Assembly (NCBI GenBank): GCA_963701965.1
Contig: OY969695.1
Span: 3,776,001-3,840,000, forward strand
Direction of reading: 5' to 3'
DNA length: 64,000 bases
Source: an uncultured Gemmatimonadales bacterium
Lineage (GTDB): Bacteria; Gemmatimonadota; Gemmatimonadetes; Gemmatimonadales; Gemmatimonadaceae
Part shown: positions 10,676 through 19,917 of the stretch, piece by piece
Numbering within the stretch: the stretch's first letter is position 1
Layout of the letters: each line of letters opens with the position of its first letter
Position numbers and translations under genes: made by a program
The notes under the pieces: model-generated
Databases searched by the model: none
What the model saw: the letters and a program-made list of their open reading frames with translations, nothing else
Told to the model about the DNA's origin: nothing

Positions 10676-12001
10676 TACAACGCCCCCTTTCCCTTGATCT
10701 CCAGATACCGGTTGATGATCGCCGCCGTCATCGCTTGCGGGCGGACGTCGAGGACCGAGACGCCGGCGCGCCGCATCCGCTCCAGCGCCTCGTCTCGCGC
10801 CGAGAGAAGCTCTTCCGCGGCCGCCGTCTCGTAGATCGCCTGCGTCGTCGCGCGGCCCGTCGGCGTCGCGGCGGCGACCAGCGCGTCGTTCCGGAGCGCG
10901 ACGACGAGCGGGAGGTGGACCCGCGTGCCGTGCGTCGCCAGCGTCAACAGGGCGCGGGAGGCGCGGACGTCGATCACGTCCGTGTACAGGACGAGCAACG
11001 AGCGCCGGCGGACCCGCGCGGCCAAAGTGCGGAACGCCGCCGCATAGTCCGGTTCCGTCATCGTCGCCTGGACCGGCACCAACGCATCGCGAATGAGCGG
11101 CAGCGCCGCCGTCCCGCGCGTCGGCGGCACGAACGCCCGCACCGCGTCATCAAACAGCAAGAGCCCCACGGAGTCGCCCGTGCGCGCCGCGATGTTCGCC
11201 AACACCAACGCCGAGGACAGCGCGTACTCGAACCGGGGCAGGGGACCCGCCAGCTGCGTCATGAGCCGCCCCGCATCGATCAAGATCATCACCGTCTGTC
11301 CCTGCTCGATCGAATACTCCCGCGAGATCAGCCGCCGGCGTCGCGCCGTCGCCTTCCAGTCCACATGCCGCGGATCATCCCCCACCATGTAGTCGCGCAA
11401 TCCCGCGAACGCCGTCCCCTCGCCCCGGCGGCGCCACACCCGTACCCCCATCTCCCGCAACCGCATCGGCAGCGTCCGCAACTCGTACCGCCGGAGATCC
11501 GCGATCGATGGGATCACCGTCAGACGATCCCCCCCCCAGCCGGTAGCGAAGACTGCGGTCGATCCATCCCAACGGCCCCCGCACCCGCAGCACCAACGGT
11601 CCCAGCGCGAAATCCCCCCGCGTCCGCCCGGTGAGCGATACCGGGATCGCCGTCTCGCCCCGCGGCGCGATCGCGAACGGGATCGGGCCCGTCCCCGCGC
11701 GCTCCACGGCGGGCGGCAGCGCATCGTAGACCGCGCCCACCACGCGGAGCGGCCACGACGAGCGGAGCACGTACCGGGCCCCGACCGCGTCCCCGATGCC
11801 CACGGTCCCCACCAAATCGCGGTCCACGGCGATCGCCCGCCATCCCGGCGTCATCGCGATGTCGACCAGGCATCCCACCACGATGGCCAACCCCACGATC
11901 AACGGCGCCACCCCAAACCCGTACGCCGCCAGTACCCACACCGGCGCCGTCAGGAGCACCACGCCCGCCAATCGCCGCGTCGGCGTGACGGGGATCATCA
12001 T
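10675..12001 (-). CDS. DUF58 (vWA-like) protein, frameshifted at a G9 tract (11529-11537)
   Basis: GEGTAFAGLRDYMVGDDPRHVDWKATARR, LIDAGRLM; N-terminal half lies in another frame and G8 would restore a single ORF. Confidence 0.88.
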
Positions 12002-12960
12002 TGCGGCGCCGGCACCCGCGTCAAGATCGCCGCCAGCACCTCGTCCGCCGTCCGACCCTCGACATCCAGCTCCGGCGCCACCAGCAACCGGTGCCGCAAC
12101 ACCGCCGGCGCCAGATCCTTCACATCGTCGGGCGTCACGAAGTCACGGCCTGCCACGAGCGCCGCACCGCGCGCCGCCCGAAACAACGCCACCGTCGCCC
12201 GCGGCGATCCCCCCAGGGTGAGACCGGTGTCGTCGCGCGTCGCCCGCACGATCGCGGCGATGTACTGCCGCACCTCCGGCGCCACCGTGACTCCGTCTAC
12301 GGCCCGGCGCAGCGCCTCGCATCCCGCCGCGTCGACCACCGGCGCGATCGGCCGATCGCCCAACCGATCCGCATCGAACCCCTCGACATACCGGTCCAGG
12401 ATCGCCACCTCGGCATCCGCCGCCGGATACCCCACATTCACCTTGAGGAGAAACCGGTCCAACTGCGCTTCCGGCAGCGGAAACGTCCCCTCGTATTCGA
12501 CCGGGTTCTGCGTCGCGAACACCGTGAACAACGATCCCAGCGGCCGCGTCGCCCCGTCCGTTGTCACCTGCCGCTCCTGCATGGCCTCGAGCAATGCCGC
12601 CTGCGTCTTGGCCGGCGCCCGGTTGATCTCGTCCGTCAACAAGAGATCGGTGAACACCGGCCCCGCGCGAAACTCGAACGCCCGCGATGCCTCGCTGAAC
12701 ACACTGATGCCCGTGACGTCCGACGGCATGAGGTCCGGCGTGAATTGAATCCGCCCGAACCGGGCGCCGAGCGCCTCCGCCAGACTGCGCACCAGCAACG
12801 TCTTGGCCGTCCCCGGGACCCCCTCGATCAGCGCATGCCCCCGCGCCAAGAACGCGACCAGGATCTCATCGATCACCGCGTTCTGGCCGATCACCCGTTG
12901 GGCGACCGACTCGCGGACCCGCGTGAGCGTGATGGCAATGCCTTGGGCGTCTACGGTCAA
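11998..12960 (-). CDS. moxR: MoxR family AAA+ ATPase
   Basis: GVPGTAKT, RIQFTPDLMPSD, DEINRAPAKTQAALLEAMQE, ATQNPVEYEGTFPLPEAQLDRF; TTG start overlaps the upstream TGA. Confidence 0.95.
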   Translation of the reverse strand: MTVDAQGIAITLTRVRESVAQRVIGQNAVIDEILVAFLARGHALIEGVPGTAKTLLVRSLAEALGARFGRIQFTPDLMPSDVTGISVFSEASRAFEFRAGPVFTDLLLTDEINRAPAKTQAALLEAMQERQVTTDGATRPLGSLFTVFATQNPVEYEGTFPLPEAQLDRFLLKVNVGYPAADAEVAILDRYVEGFDADRLGDRPIAPVVDAAGCEALRRAVDGVTVAPEVRQYIAAIVRATRDDTGLTLGGSPRATVALFRAARGAALVAGRDFVTPDDVKDLAPAVLRHRLLVAPELDVEGRTADEVLAAILTRVPAPQ

Positions 12961-14177
12961 GGTCCGAGTATCCGGTCGAGGTGATCGATCGCGTCGCCGG
13001 CCGCCAACAGCTCGGCCGGCGTCAATTGACGCTGCTCCCCATCCAATATGCGCTCCACGTACGCCCGGGCCTCCGGGTGTCGCTGCGTCACCGCGGCCAG
13101 GTACGCCGCGTCGCCCGCGGCCGGCCGCGCGTGCCGGCGCCGGAGACCGCGGACTAGCCGATGCACCGCCGTGCGCGTGGCGCCGACCTTCGCGTACGCC
13201 CGCGCCAGCGCGTCGACATGCTCCAACGCCGACCGGCGCTCGATGCGCGCCCGCGCGGCCGGCGCCACCGGCCGCCAGGCCGCGGCCGCCAACAGCACGA
13301 GCCCGGCGATGACCACCTGCAACATCGCGCGCCCCCACGACGTGTCGGCCAGAAACTGTTCCGTGGCCTGCGTCCAGTCCGCGCGCGCGACTTGGTCGAA
13401 GTGAAACTCGTCGAACACCAGCGGCCGCCGCGCGCCGGGTCCTCCCGACGCATACTCCAACATGCGGACCGCCTGTGGTCCCAAGCCCCAGCCGCACACG
13501 CGAATGACGTCGTTCCGCAGGAGATCCGCGTCGGCCAGCTCGACGACGCGGCCCGCCCCCAGCGGGACACCGAGCGCCGCCGGCTTGATGCGCCGCGCCT
13601 TGGCGCTGTCCGGGTCGGTCTTCACGGTCACGAACACGCTCGTGTCCGCGTCCCACGCCCGGCCCGGCACCAGCCAAAACAAGTGCACCAGTCCATCCAA
13701 CCAGGAGATCTGCGACGCGCCCATGTCCGCCGGGCACGCCGGCGCCTCCGGCGCCACCGCGATCGGCACCATGGTGCCCCCGGCATTCGACGCCCGCACG
13801 TGCAGCGAGTCGTTGAGCTCCGACCCCGCTTCCACCACCGTGACGAGCCCCGCCCCCCGGCGCACCGCGTCCAAGAGCGCGTGCACCTCCACCGCCGTCA
13901 ACGGCATCGGAGGCGCGAGGACCAGATAGACCCGGCTCGAATCGAGCCGTCCCGCGAACCGCGTGTGGCTCCGGCTCACCGGCCATCCCAGACGGTGCGC
14001 CACCTCGTACAGCCCCTGGGCTCCCGCCGGCGTCGTCGACGTCGTCGTGAGCGGGCCCACCCGATCGAACGTGGTATTCGTCTGCGGCGAGAGCAATAGC
14101 ACCGCCACCAGCGCCGCCAGCAGCACCGGAATGGCGACACGGGGCCGGAGCCAGCCCGTGTTGCCGTTGGCCGTCAC
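12957..14177 (-). CDS. DUF4350 domain membrane protein
   Basis: N-terminal TM, 'P.GA.GL', LVFDEFH, RRSALEHVDALARAY; position in the MoxR operon. Confidence 0.8.
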   Translation of the reverse strand: MTANGNTGWLRPRVAIPVLLAALVAVLLLSPQTNTTFDRVGPLTTTSTTPAGAQGLYEVAHRLGWPVSRSHTRFAGRLDSSRVYLVLAPPMPLTAVEVHALLDAVRRGAGLVTVVEAGSELNDSLHVRASNAGGTMVPIAVAPEAPACPADMGASQISWLDGLVHLFWLVPGRAWDADTSVFVTVKTDPDSAKARRIKPAALGVPLGAGRVVELADADLLRNDVIRVCGWGLGPQAVRMLEYASGGPGARRPLVFDEFHFDQVARADWTQATEQFLADTSWGRAMLQVVIAGLVLLAAAAWRPVAPAARARIERRSALEHVDALARAYAKVGATRTAVHRLVRGLRRRHARPAAGDAAYLAAVTQRHPEARAYVERILDGEQRQLTPAELLAAGDAIDHLDRILGP

Positions 14178-14791
14178 GCGGCCGCCCGTGCCAGCTCGGG
14201 ATCCAATCGTCCCGCCAACGCCGCCAACGTCTCGAAGCGCGCCCGGTCACACGTGCCCAGACCGTAGACCACGACCTCGTAGCTGCGCGCGAAATCTCGA
14301 AACGGCCCCCACGCCGCCGGACCCGCGGTGCGCAGATCCCGCGCGTAATCGCCGGCGGTCTTGGACGGATCGAGCCGCAGCGACGTGCGCGCGGCCACGC
14401 GCGCCAGGAGCGCCGAATAGAGCGCGTGCGCCGCCTCGGTGTAGCGACCCTGCGCCGCCAGCGCCTGGGCCTCGACCCACGGGTCCAGCGCCGGCACGTG
14501 CCGCTCGCCCCACAAGCGGCCGCGGGTGCTGGCCCCCGGCAGATAGGCGATGACGAACAAGCGCGCCAGCGCCGCCAGGATGAGCATGAGGGCGAGAATG
14601 GCCAGCGCCCATCGCACGCCGTCCGATTCGTGAATCCCCCGGACCAAAGGTGTCAACCAGTGGAGGAGCCACGTGACGGCGCGACCGAACAGCGATTCGG
14701 TCGCGGTCCGATCGTACGCGTGCTGGCGGAAGACGGCGGCGATCGTGTCCCGGATCGCCGTCGTCCCGATGGGGCCTGGCAGAGCGGCTAC
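14174..14791 (-). CDS. DUF4129 domain membrane protein (start uncertain)
   Basis: AQGRYTEAAHALY, DPSKTAGDY, YEVVVYG. Confidence 0.8.
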   Translation of the reverse strand, partial: VAALPGPIGTTAIRDTIAAVFRQHAYDRTATESLFGRAVTWLLHWLTPLVRGIHESDGVRWALAILALMLILAALARLFVIAYLPGASTRGRLWGERHVPALDPWVEAQALAAQGRYTEAAHALYSALLARVAARTSLRLDPSKTAGDYARDLRTAGPAAWGPFRDFARSYEVVVYGLGTCDRARFETLAALAGRLDPELARAAA

Positions 14792-15576
14792 GCGGTTTGT
14801 GGCGCGGCCGACACGTGCTGCGCCATCAGCTGGATATCGAATCCCTCTTTGCGGATCCGCGCGTCGTAGTAGAGCAGCGTGGAGACGATGGGGATGATCG
14901 GACCGATGACGATGAGGCCGAGGGCCACGAGGCACGTCGACAGAATGGGAAGGTGCGCCTGCGTGCCGATCCACATCCCCGCTGCAAAGACAATGAAATA
15001 GGCCACTACGTAGAGCAGGATCGTCAGGAACGCCGTCCAGAAAATGTGCCACTTGATGCCCGATGAGAGCGTGGCCGACCGCCCGAACGCCGCGGCGACA
15101 CCGGCATTCTCGACCGCGACCGCCGAGGGCACCGCGAAGACGCGGCACGCGATGAGGAAACCGGGGATCAAGAAGAACAAAAACCCGAGGGAGACCCAGA
15201 ACGTCGCCAGGATGTAGGCGATCGCCATCGGCGTCGCCCGCGGGAGCGCGCGTTGCACGAGCGCTCCGATGTCGATCGGCTGGCCGAGGAACGCGTCGCT
15301 GCTCGCCATGAACATCGCGGTATGGATGATGGCACTCCAAACGACCGTCAGCAGAAACGCCAGGAATGACGAGCCGGGGTGGAACGAGCCCGGCGCCGGG
15401 GGCGTCAACAGGGAAGCGTTGCCGATCATCAGCGTCGGGGTGAGCACTGCCTGCACGGCGATGATCGGGATGATGAGCAGTGCCGACAGCGTGAAGAACA
15501 CCGTGAAATCATTGCGCAACAACCGAATGCCGGCGTCGATCAACTCCGTGGACGAGCGCGCGCGGTACGCGGACAC
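14788..15576 (-). CDS. Integral membrane protein of MoxR-associated operons
   Basis: Multiple TMs, C-terminal LLYYDARIRKEGFDI; GGAGG RBS. Confidence 0.8.
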   Translation of the reverse strand: MSAYRARSSTELIDAGIRLLRNDFTVFFTLSALLIIPIIAVQAVLTPTLMIGNASLLTPPAPGSFHPGSSFLAFLLTVVWSAIIHTAMFMASSDAFLGQPIDIGALVQRALPRATPMAIAYILATFWVSLGFLFFLIPGFLIACRVFAVPSAVAVENAGVAAAFGRSATLSSGIKWHIFWTAFLTILLYVVAYFIVFAAGMWIGTQAHLPILSTCLVALGLIVIGPIIPIVSTLLYYDARIRKEGFDIQLMAQHVSAAPQTA

Positions 15577-15614
15577 GAGGCCTCCAGGAGGAGAGAGTGA
15601 CGGCTAAGATCGCT

Positions 15615-15902
15615 TCAAATGGAGTCCGCGTCCATATGAGGATAGCGCGCCTCGCACTCGTCCCAGAGCCACGCGGCCAGGATGTAGCCAACCGCGGCGC
15701 AGGCCGCCAGCAGACCCATGACCGCCGTCCAGACGATGCCCCGCGCGCTCAAGATGTGATACGCGACCGTGACCACGCCGCACGGCAGACCCCAGGCGAC
15801 GACGCCATAGCGCCAGAGAAACGCCGTCCGCCCTCCGGCGCGCAGCCGCGTCCAGCGGGCCAACGCGTCGGGATGCGCCGCATCAGGCCACGGAACGCTC
15901 AG
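15615..15902 (-). CDS. Small hypothetical membrane protein (start uncertain)
   Basis: W..LRAGG..AFLWRYGVVAWG plus two TMs; fills the gap between operon genes. Confidence 0.55.
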   Translation of the reverse strand: MSVPWPDAAHPDALARWTRLRAGGRTAFLWRYGVVAWGLPCGVVTVAYHILSARGIVWTAVMGLLAACAAVGYILAAWLWDECEARYPHMDADSI

Positions 15903-17071
15903 CGGAGCACCGCCTTGGCGATCGTCTGCAGTTGCATGTTCGACGTCCCTTCGTAGATCGTCCCGATCTTCGCATCGCGATAGAACTTCTCGACGGGATA
16001 CTCGGTCGTGTACCCATAGCCGCCGAACAGCTCGACGCAGAGCGACGTGACGTGCTCGCAGACCTGCGACGAGAAGAGCTTGGCCATGGCCCCTTCGCGC
16101 ACGATGTCCTGCCCGGCATCCTTGAGTCGCGCCGCGTTGTACACCATGAGCCGCGCCGCCTCGAGCTCCGTCGCCGCCTGCGCGATCTGGAACTGAATCC
16201 CCTGAAACTCCGCCAGCGGCTTGCCGAACTGGTGCCGCTCTTTCAGGTAACCCACCGCCGCCGCCAACGCGCCGCCCGCCACGCCGATCATCTGGGCGCC
16301 GATCCCGATGCGACCGCCATTCAGGGTCTCGATGGCGATCTTGTATCCTTGGCCCACGGGCCCCAAGACGTTCGCGGCGGGGACGACACAGTCGTCGAGT
16401 ATGAGCTCGACGGTGCTCGACGCCCGAATGCCGAGCTTGTCCTCGCGCTTCCCGACGGAGAATCCCTTGAAATCGCGCTCGACGATGAAGGCGGTGATCC
16501 CGCGATAGCCCTGCGCGGGGTTCGTGTTCGCGAAGATCACGAACACGGCCGCTTCGCCGCCGTTCGTGATCCACATCTTCCGGCCGTTGAGGACCCAGGC
16601 ATCGCCCCGCCGCTCGGCGACCGTAGCCAAGCCGAACGCATCGGAGCCGGAGCCCGCCTCGGACAAGGCGTAGGCGCCGACGTCCGCGCTGACGAGCCGC
16701 GGGAGATACTGGGCTTTTTGCGCCTCTGATCCGTAGCGGACGATGGGATAGTTGGCCAACGTGTTCTGCACGTCGACCATGATCGCGGCCGCGGCGTCCA
16801 CCTGACTGAGGGTTTCGACGGCTAGCGCAACCATGGTCATGGTCCCGCCGGCGCCGCCATACTGCTCCGGGACTTCGATCCCCATGAGCCCGAGCTCGAA
16901 GTACTTGGGGATGAGGTCGGGGTCGATCCGCCCCGCGGATTCCATCGCCCGCACGCGCGGGCGGACCTCGGTTTCCGCGAAAGCCGACACGGCGTCGCGG
17001 AACATGATCTCCTCGTCGGAGAACGTCGTCAGGGCGGGTCGGGCGAGGGCAGTCTCAGTCTGGCTGGTCAT
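15899..17071 (-). CDS. Acyl-CoA dehydrogenase
   Basis: ALSEAGSGSD, LNGRKMWITNG, KLGIRAS, FYRDAKIGTIYEGTSN. Confidence 0.95.
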   Translation of the reverse strand: MTSQTETALARPALTTFSDEEIMFRDAVSAFAETEVRPRVRAMESAGRIDPDLIPKYFELGLMGIEVPEQYGGAGGTMTMVALAVETLSQVDAAAAIMVDVQNTLANYPIVRYGSEAQKAQYLPRLVSADVGAYALSEAGSGSDAFGLATVAERRGDAWVLNGRKMWITNGGEAAVFVIFANTNPAQGYRGITAFIVERDFKGFSVGKREDKLGIRASSTVELILDDCVVPAANVLGPVGQGYKIAIETLNGGRIGIGAQMIGVAGGALAAAVGYLKERHQFGKPLAEFQGIQFQIAQAATELEAARLMVYNAARLKDAGQDIVREGAMAKLFSSQVCEHVTSLCVELFGGYGYTTEYPVEKFYRDAKIGTIYEGTSNMQLQTIAKAVLR

Positions 17072-17095
17072 GCCCGGAAAGCTAACGAAGGGCCG

Positions 17096-17578
17096 TCAGC
17101 GCTCCCAGGCGACGGACTGAACGGCCGCGTCCATCCGGTCCTCGAGCGTCGTCAGATCGGCGGGCGAAAACGGCGACCCGACGTCGTGCGAGACAGTCTT
17201 GACCTTGTCGTTGAGGCGCCAGGACGTAATCGCCACGGGGTTCTGGCTCAGACCGCCGCCGTACGCACCGTTCAACGCGAAAAAGTCGATCTTCTTGAAG
17301 CCGGCCTGGATGTCGTCCAGAGTCCGCCGGTCGACCGTCGCGTGCCACTGGCCGGCCTTACTCGAGTTGGCCTTGCCGTCGTACACGACTATACCGTCGC
17401 TGAAGAAGGACAGCTTGTATTCGGCGCACTGTCCCTTGCACTGGGTCCGTTCCAGCGTGAAGATGGGCGGCTCGGCCGGGGCCTTGACCGCCGTCTTCGT
17501 CCGTCCCTGTGCCGACACGACGTCCGATGTGGCACACAGCAATGCGAGCGACAGCATCGCTGTGATACGAGCTGACAT
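17096..17578 (-). CDS. Secreted DUF6438-like protein
   Basis: Signal peptide; LERTQCKGQCAEY...DG.V.YDG. Confidence 0.7.
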   Translation of the reverse strand: MSARITAMLSLALLCATSDVVSAQGRTKTAVKAPAEPPIFTLERTQCKGQCAEYKLSFFSDGIVVYDGKANSSKAGQWHATVDRRTLDDIQAGFKKIDFFALNGAYGGGLSQNPVAITSWRLNDKVKTVSHDVGSPFSPADLTTLEDRMDAAVQSVAWER

Positions 17579-17630
17579 AGCCGATCTCCAGTGGGTCAGG
17601 TGCCCCGTCACTTACATGACGAAGCTCCGC

Positions 17631-18017
17631 CTAGGAGATAACCGGACTCGCGGTCACGGGTACGCCAGCGCGCTCGGCAATGATCTGGCCCAGCCGCTCG
17701 TCAACGCCAAAGGCGTCAGTCACGCGCCAGTGGACCCGGGGGTGGGCCGCGGCAGCCTCGGCGACGAGCCGCGGGATGTCACCAGTCGAATGTTTGCCCG
17801 GGGAGAGCATATACGGGAAGGCGACGACCTCGGTGGCGCCGGCCGCGACGCAGGCCGCGAACCCCTGGGCGATCGAGGGCTCGGCGATCTCCATGTGCGC
17901 GTACCGCACCAGCACGGCGTCGCCCACTTGGTGCTGCACGACGTCGGCCATGGAGGCCAACATGGCGTTGGCCTCGTCGCGCCGCGACCCGTGATCGATG
18001 AGCAGGATGGCCTTCAT
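17631..18017 (-). CDS. CbiX/SirB N-terminal domain protein (small sirohydrochlorin chelatase-like)
   Basis: LLIDHGSRR, AHMEIAEPSI, PYMLSPGKHSTGDIP. Confidence 0.88.
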   Translation of the reverse strand: MKAILLIDHGSRRDEANAMLASMADVVQHQVGDAVLVRYAHMEIAEPSIAQGFAACVAAGATEVVAFPYMLSPGKHSTGDIPRLVAEAAAAHPRVHWRVTDAFGVDERLGQIIAERAGVPVTASPVIS

Positions 18018-18027
18018 GGCTTTTACT

Positions 18028-19917
18028 CTATTCGCGCAACACGTCGAGCGCCAACTCGACCTTCCCGAACGGCGCCGATACCTGGACGCCCTGCACCGCA
18101 CCCCGGACCTGGGCCAGCATCTCGCGCGCGACCGCGATCCCCTCGGCGACCGCGTGCTCCTTCGACCGCTCGTTCGCCCGCCGCATCCGCGCGATCACCG
18201 CTTCGGGCACCGTCACGCCCGGCACTTCGTTGGCCAGAAACTCGGCGTTCCGCAACGAGACCAGCGGCCAGATCCCCGCGATCACCGGGATGGGCGGGGA
18301 TGTGTCCATGAAACGCATCAACTGGGCGACGTCGAACACCGGCTGCGTGATGGCGTACTCCGCCCCGGCCTCGACTTTCCACGCAAAGCGACGCTGCTCT
18401 TCCGCGGCGTCCAGGGCCGCGGGGTTGACGCCGACGCCGATCGCGAACCGCGTCGGCGCGCCGATCGGGTTCCCGCCGGGATCGAGCCCGGAATTGAGGC
18501 GCGACACGAGGTTCGTGAGGCCGATCGAGTCGATGTCGAAGACCGCCGTTGCATCGGGGTAGGGACCCATTTTCGGCGGGTCGCCGGTGATGAGGAGCAG
18601 GTTCTTGAGTCCCATCGCCGAAGCGCCCAGCAGGTCGCTCAACATCCCGAGGAAGTTGCGGTCCCGGCAACAGTAATGCGTGACCGTCTCCAAACCCGGC
18701 ACCTGCTGCTGGATGAGGATGCTCACCAGCACCGCGCTCATCCGGCTCTGGGCGCGCGGGCCGTCCGGCACGTTCACCGCGTCCACGCCCGCGTCCCGCA
18801 ACGCCGACACATCCTTGAGCATCCGCGACGCGTCGACGCCCCGTGGCGGCACGATCTCCACGGACGACACAAAAGTGCCCTTGGCCAGTTTGGCGGCGAG
18901 TCGCGACCGCTCGGCGAACGGTACGGGTTCGACTCCGGAGGCGTCGACCCGGGGAAGCGCGCCACTCAAACGCCCCCGACCCGCCGAGACCGCCACGGTC
19001 GCGTGACGGGGCGCAAGCGGCCGCACGCCCTCAGCCATGGCCCGCGTATGCTCGGGGGTCGTACCACAACACCCCCCCACGACCCGCGCGCCGGCTTGGA
19101 TGAGATGCCGCGCATACGTCGCCATGTACTCGGGACTCGCCATGTACATGCTGCGCCCGCCGACGTCGCGCGGCATCCCGGCATTCGGTTGCGCCGAGAG
19201 CTTCCGCCGCGTGACCGGCGTCATCTTCTCGATAGCGTCGAGGATGGCCTGGGGCCCCACCGAGCAGTTGAGGCCAATGATGTCGGCGCCCAGCCGGTCG
19301 AGCGCGATCGCGATGTCGGCCGGCCGCACGCCGTAGGGCGTGAGCCCATCGATGCTGATCGTCATCTGCGCGATGATCGGCATGGTGGGGTCGACCTCGC
19401 GCGCCGCCCGTATCGCCTGCTCGATCTCATCGAGATCGCCGAACGTCTCGGCGATGAAGATGTCGGCACCGCCTTCGGCCAGCGCTTCCATCTGCTCCCG
19501 GAAATACCCCCGCGCCTCGTCGCGGCTCGTCGGCCCGTAGGGTTCGATACGGAGGCCGAGCGGCCCCACGGCCCCGGCCACGAGCATCGCGTCGCCGGCC
19601 GCCTCACGCGCCAGGCGCGACGCCGCGACGTTGAACGCGCGCACCTGATCCTCGAGGCCATACTGCGCCAGCTTCGGCCGGTTGGCGCCAAAGCTGTTGG
19701 TCTCCAGTATCTCGGCGCCCGCGCGCGCGTACTCCTCGTGCACCCCGCGCACCAGATCGGGGGCGCGCACGTTGAGCTCATCGTAACACTGATTGATGAA
19801 CACGCCCTTGGCGTACAACACCGTGCCCATCGCCCCATCGAAGATCGACACGCGTTCCGGATCGAGCAGCCGGTCGAGGAGCGCCCGGCGCGAGGCGGGC
19901 GCCACCGTCGCGGTCAC
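18028..19917 (-). CDS. yitJ: Bifunctional homocysteine S-methyltransferase / methylenetetrahydrofolate reductase
   Basis: FDGAMGT, GLNCSVGP, VGGCCGTTP, then MTHFR domain (VEIVPPRG, ITGDPP, AITQPVFD). Confidence 0.92.
   Translation of the reverse strand: MTATVAPASRRALLDRLLDPERVSIFDGAMGTVLYAKGVFINQCYDELNVRAPDLVRGVHEEYARAGAEILETNSFGANRPKLAQYGLEDQVRAFNVAASRLAREAAGDAMLVAGAVGPLGLRIEPYGPTSRDEARGYFREQMEALAEGGADIFIAETFGDLDEIEQAIRAAREVDPTMPIIAQMTISIDGLTPYGVRPADIAIALDRLGADIIGLNCSVGPQAILDAIEKMTPVTRRKLSAQPNAGMPRDVGGRSMYMASPEYMATYARHLIQAGARVVGGCCGTTPEHTRAMAEGVRPLAPRHATVAVSAGRGRLSGALPRVDASGVEPVPFAERSRLAAKLAKGTFVSSVEIVPPRGVDASRMLKDVSALRDAGVDAVNVPDGPRAQSRMSAVLVSILIQQQVPGLETVTHYCCRDRNFLGMLSDLLGASAMGLKNLLLITGDPPKMGPYPDATAVFDIDSIGLTNLVSRLNSGLDPGGNPIGAPTRFAIGVGVNPAALDAAEEQRRFAWKVEAGAEYAITQPVFDVAQLMRFMDTSPPIPVIAGIWPLVSLRNAEFLANEVPGVTVPEAVIARMRRANERSKEHAVAEGIAVAREMLAQVRGAVQGVQVSAPFGKVELALDVLRE

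Noticed and set aside
12961..14250. N-terminal 430 aa of the 750-aa MoxR ORF
   Set aside because: It is an out-of-frame overlap with DUF4350; MoxR similarity begins at TTG 12960.
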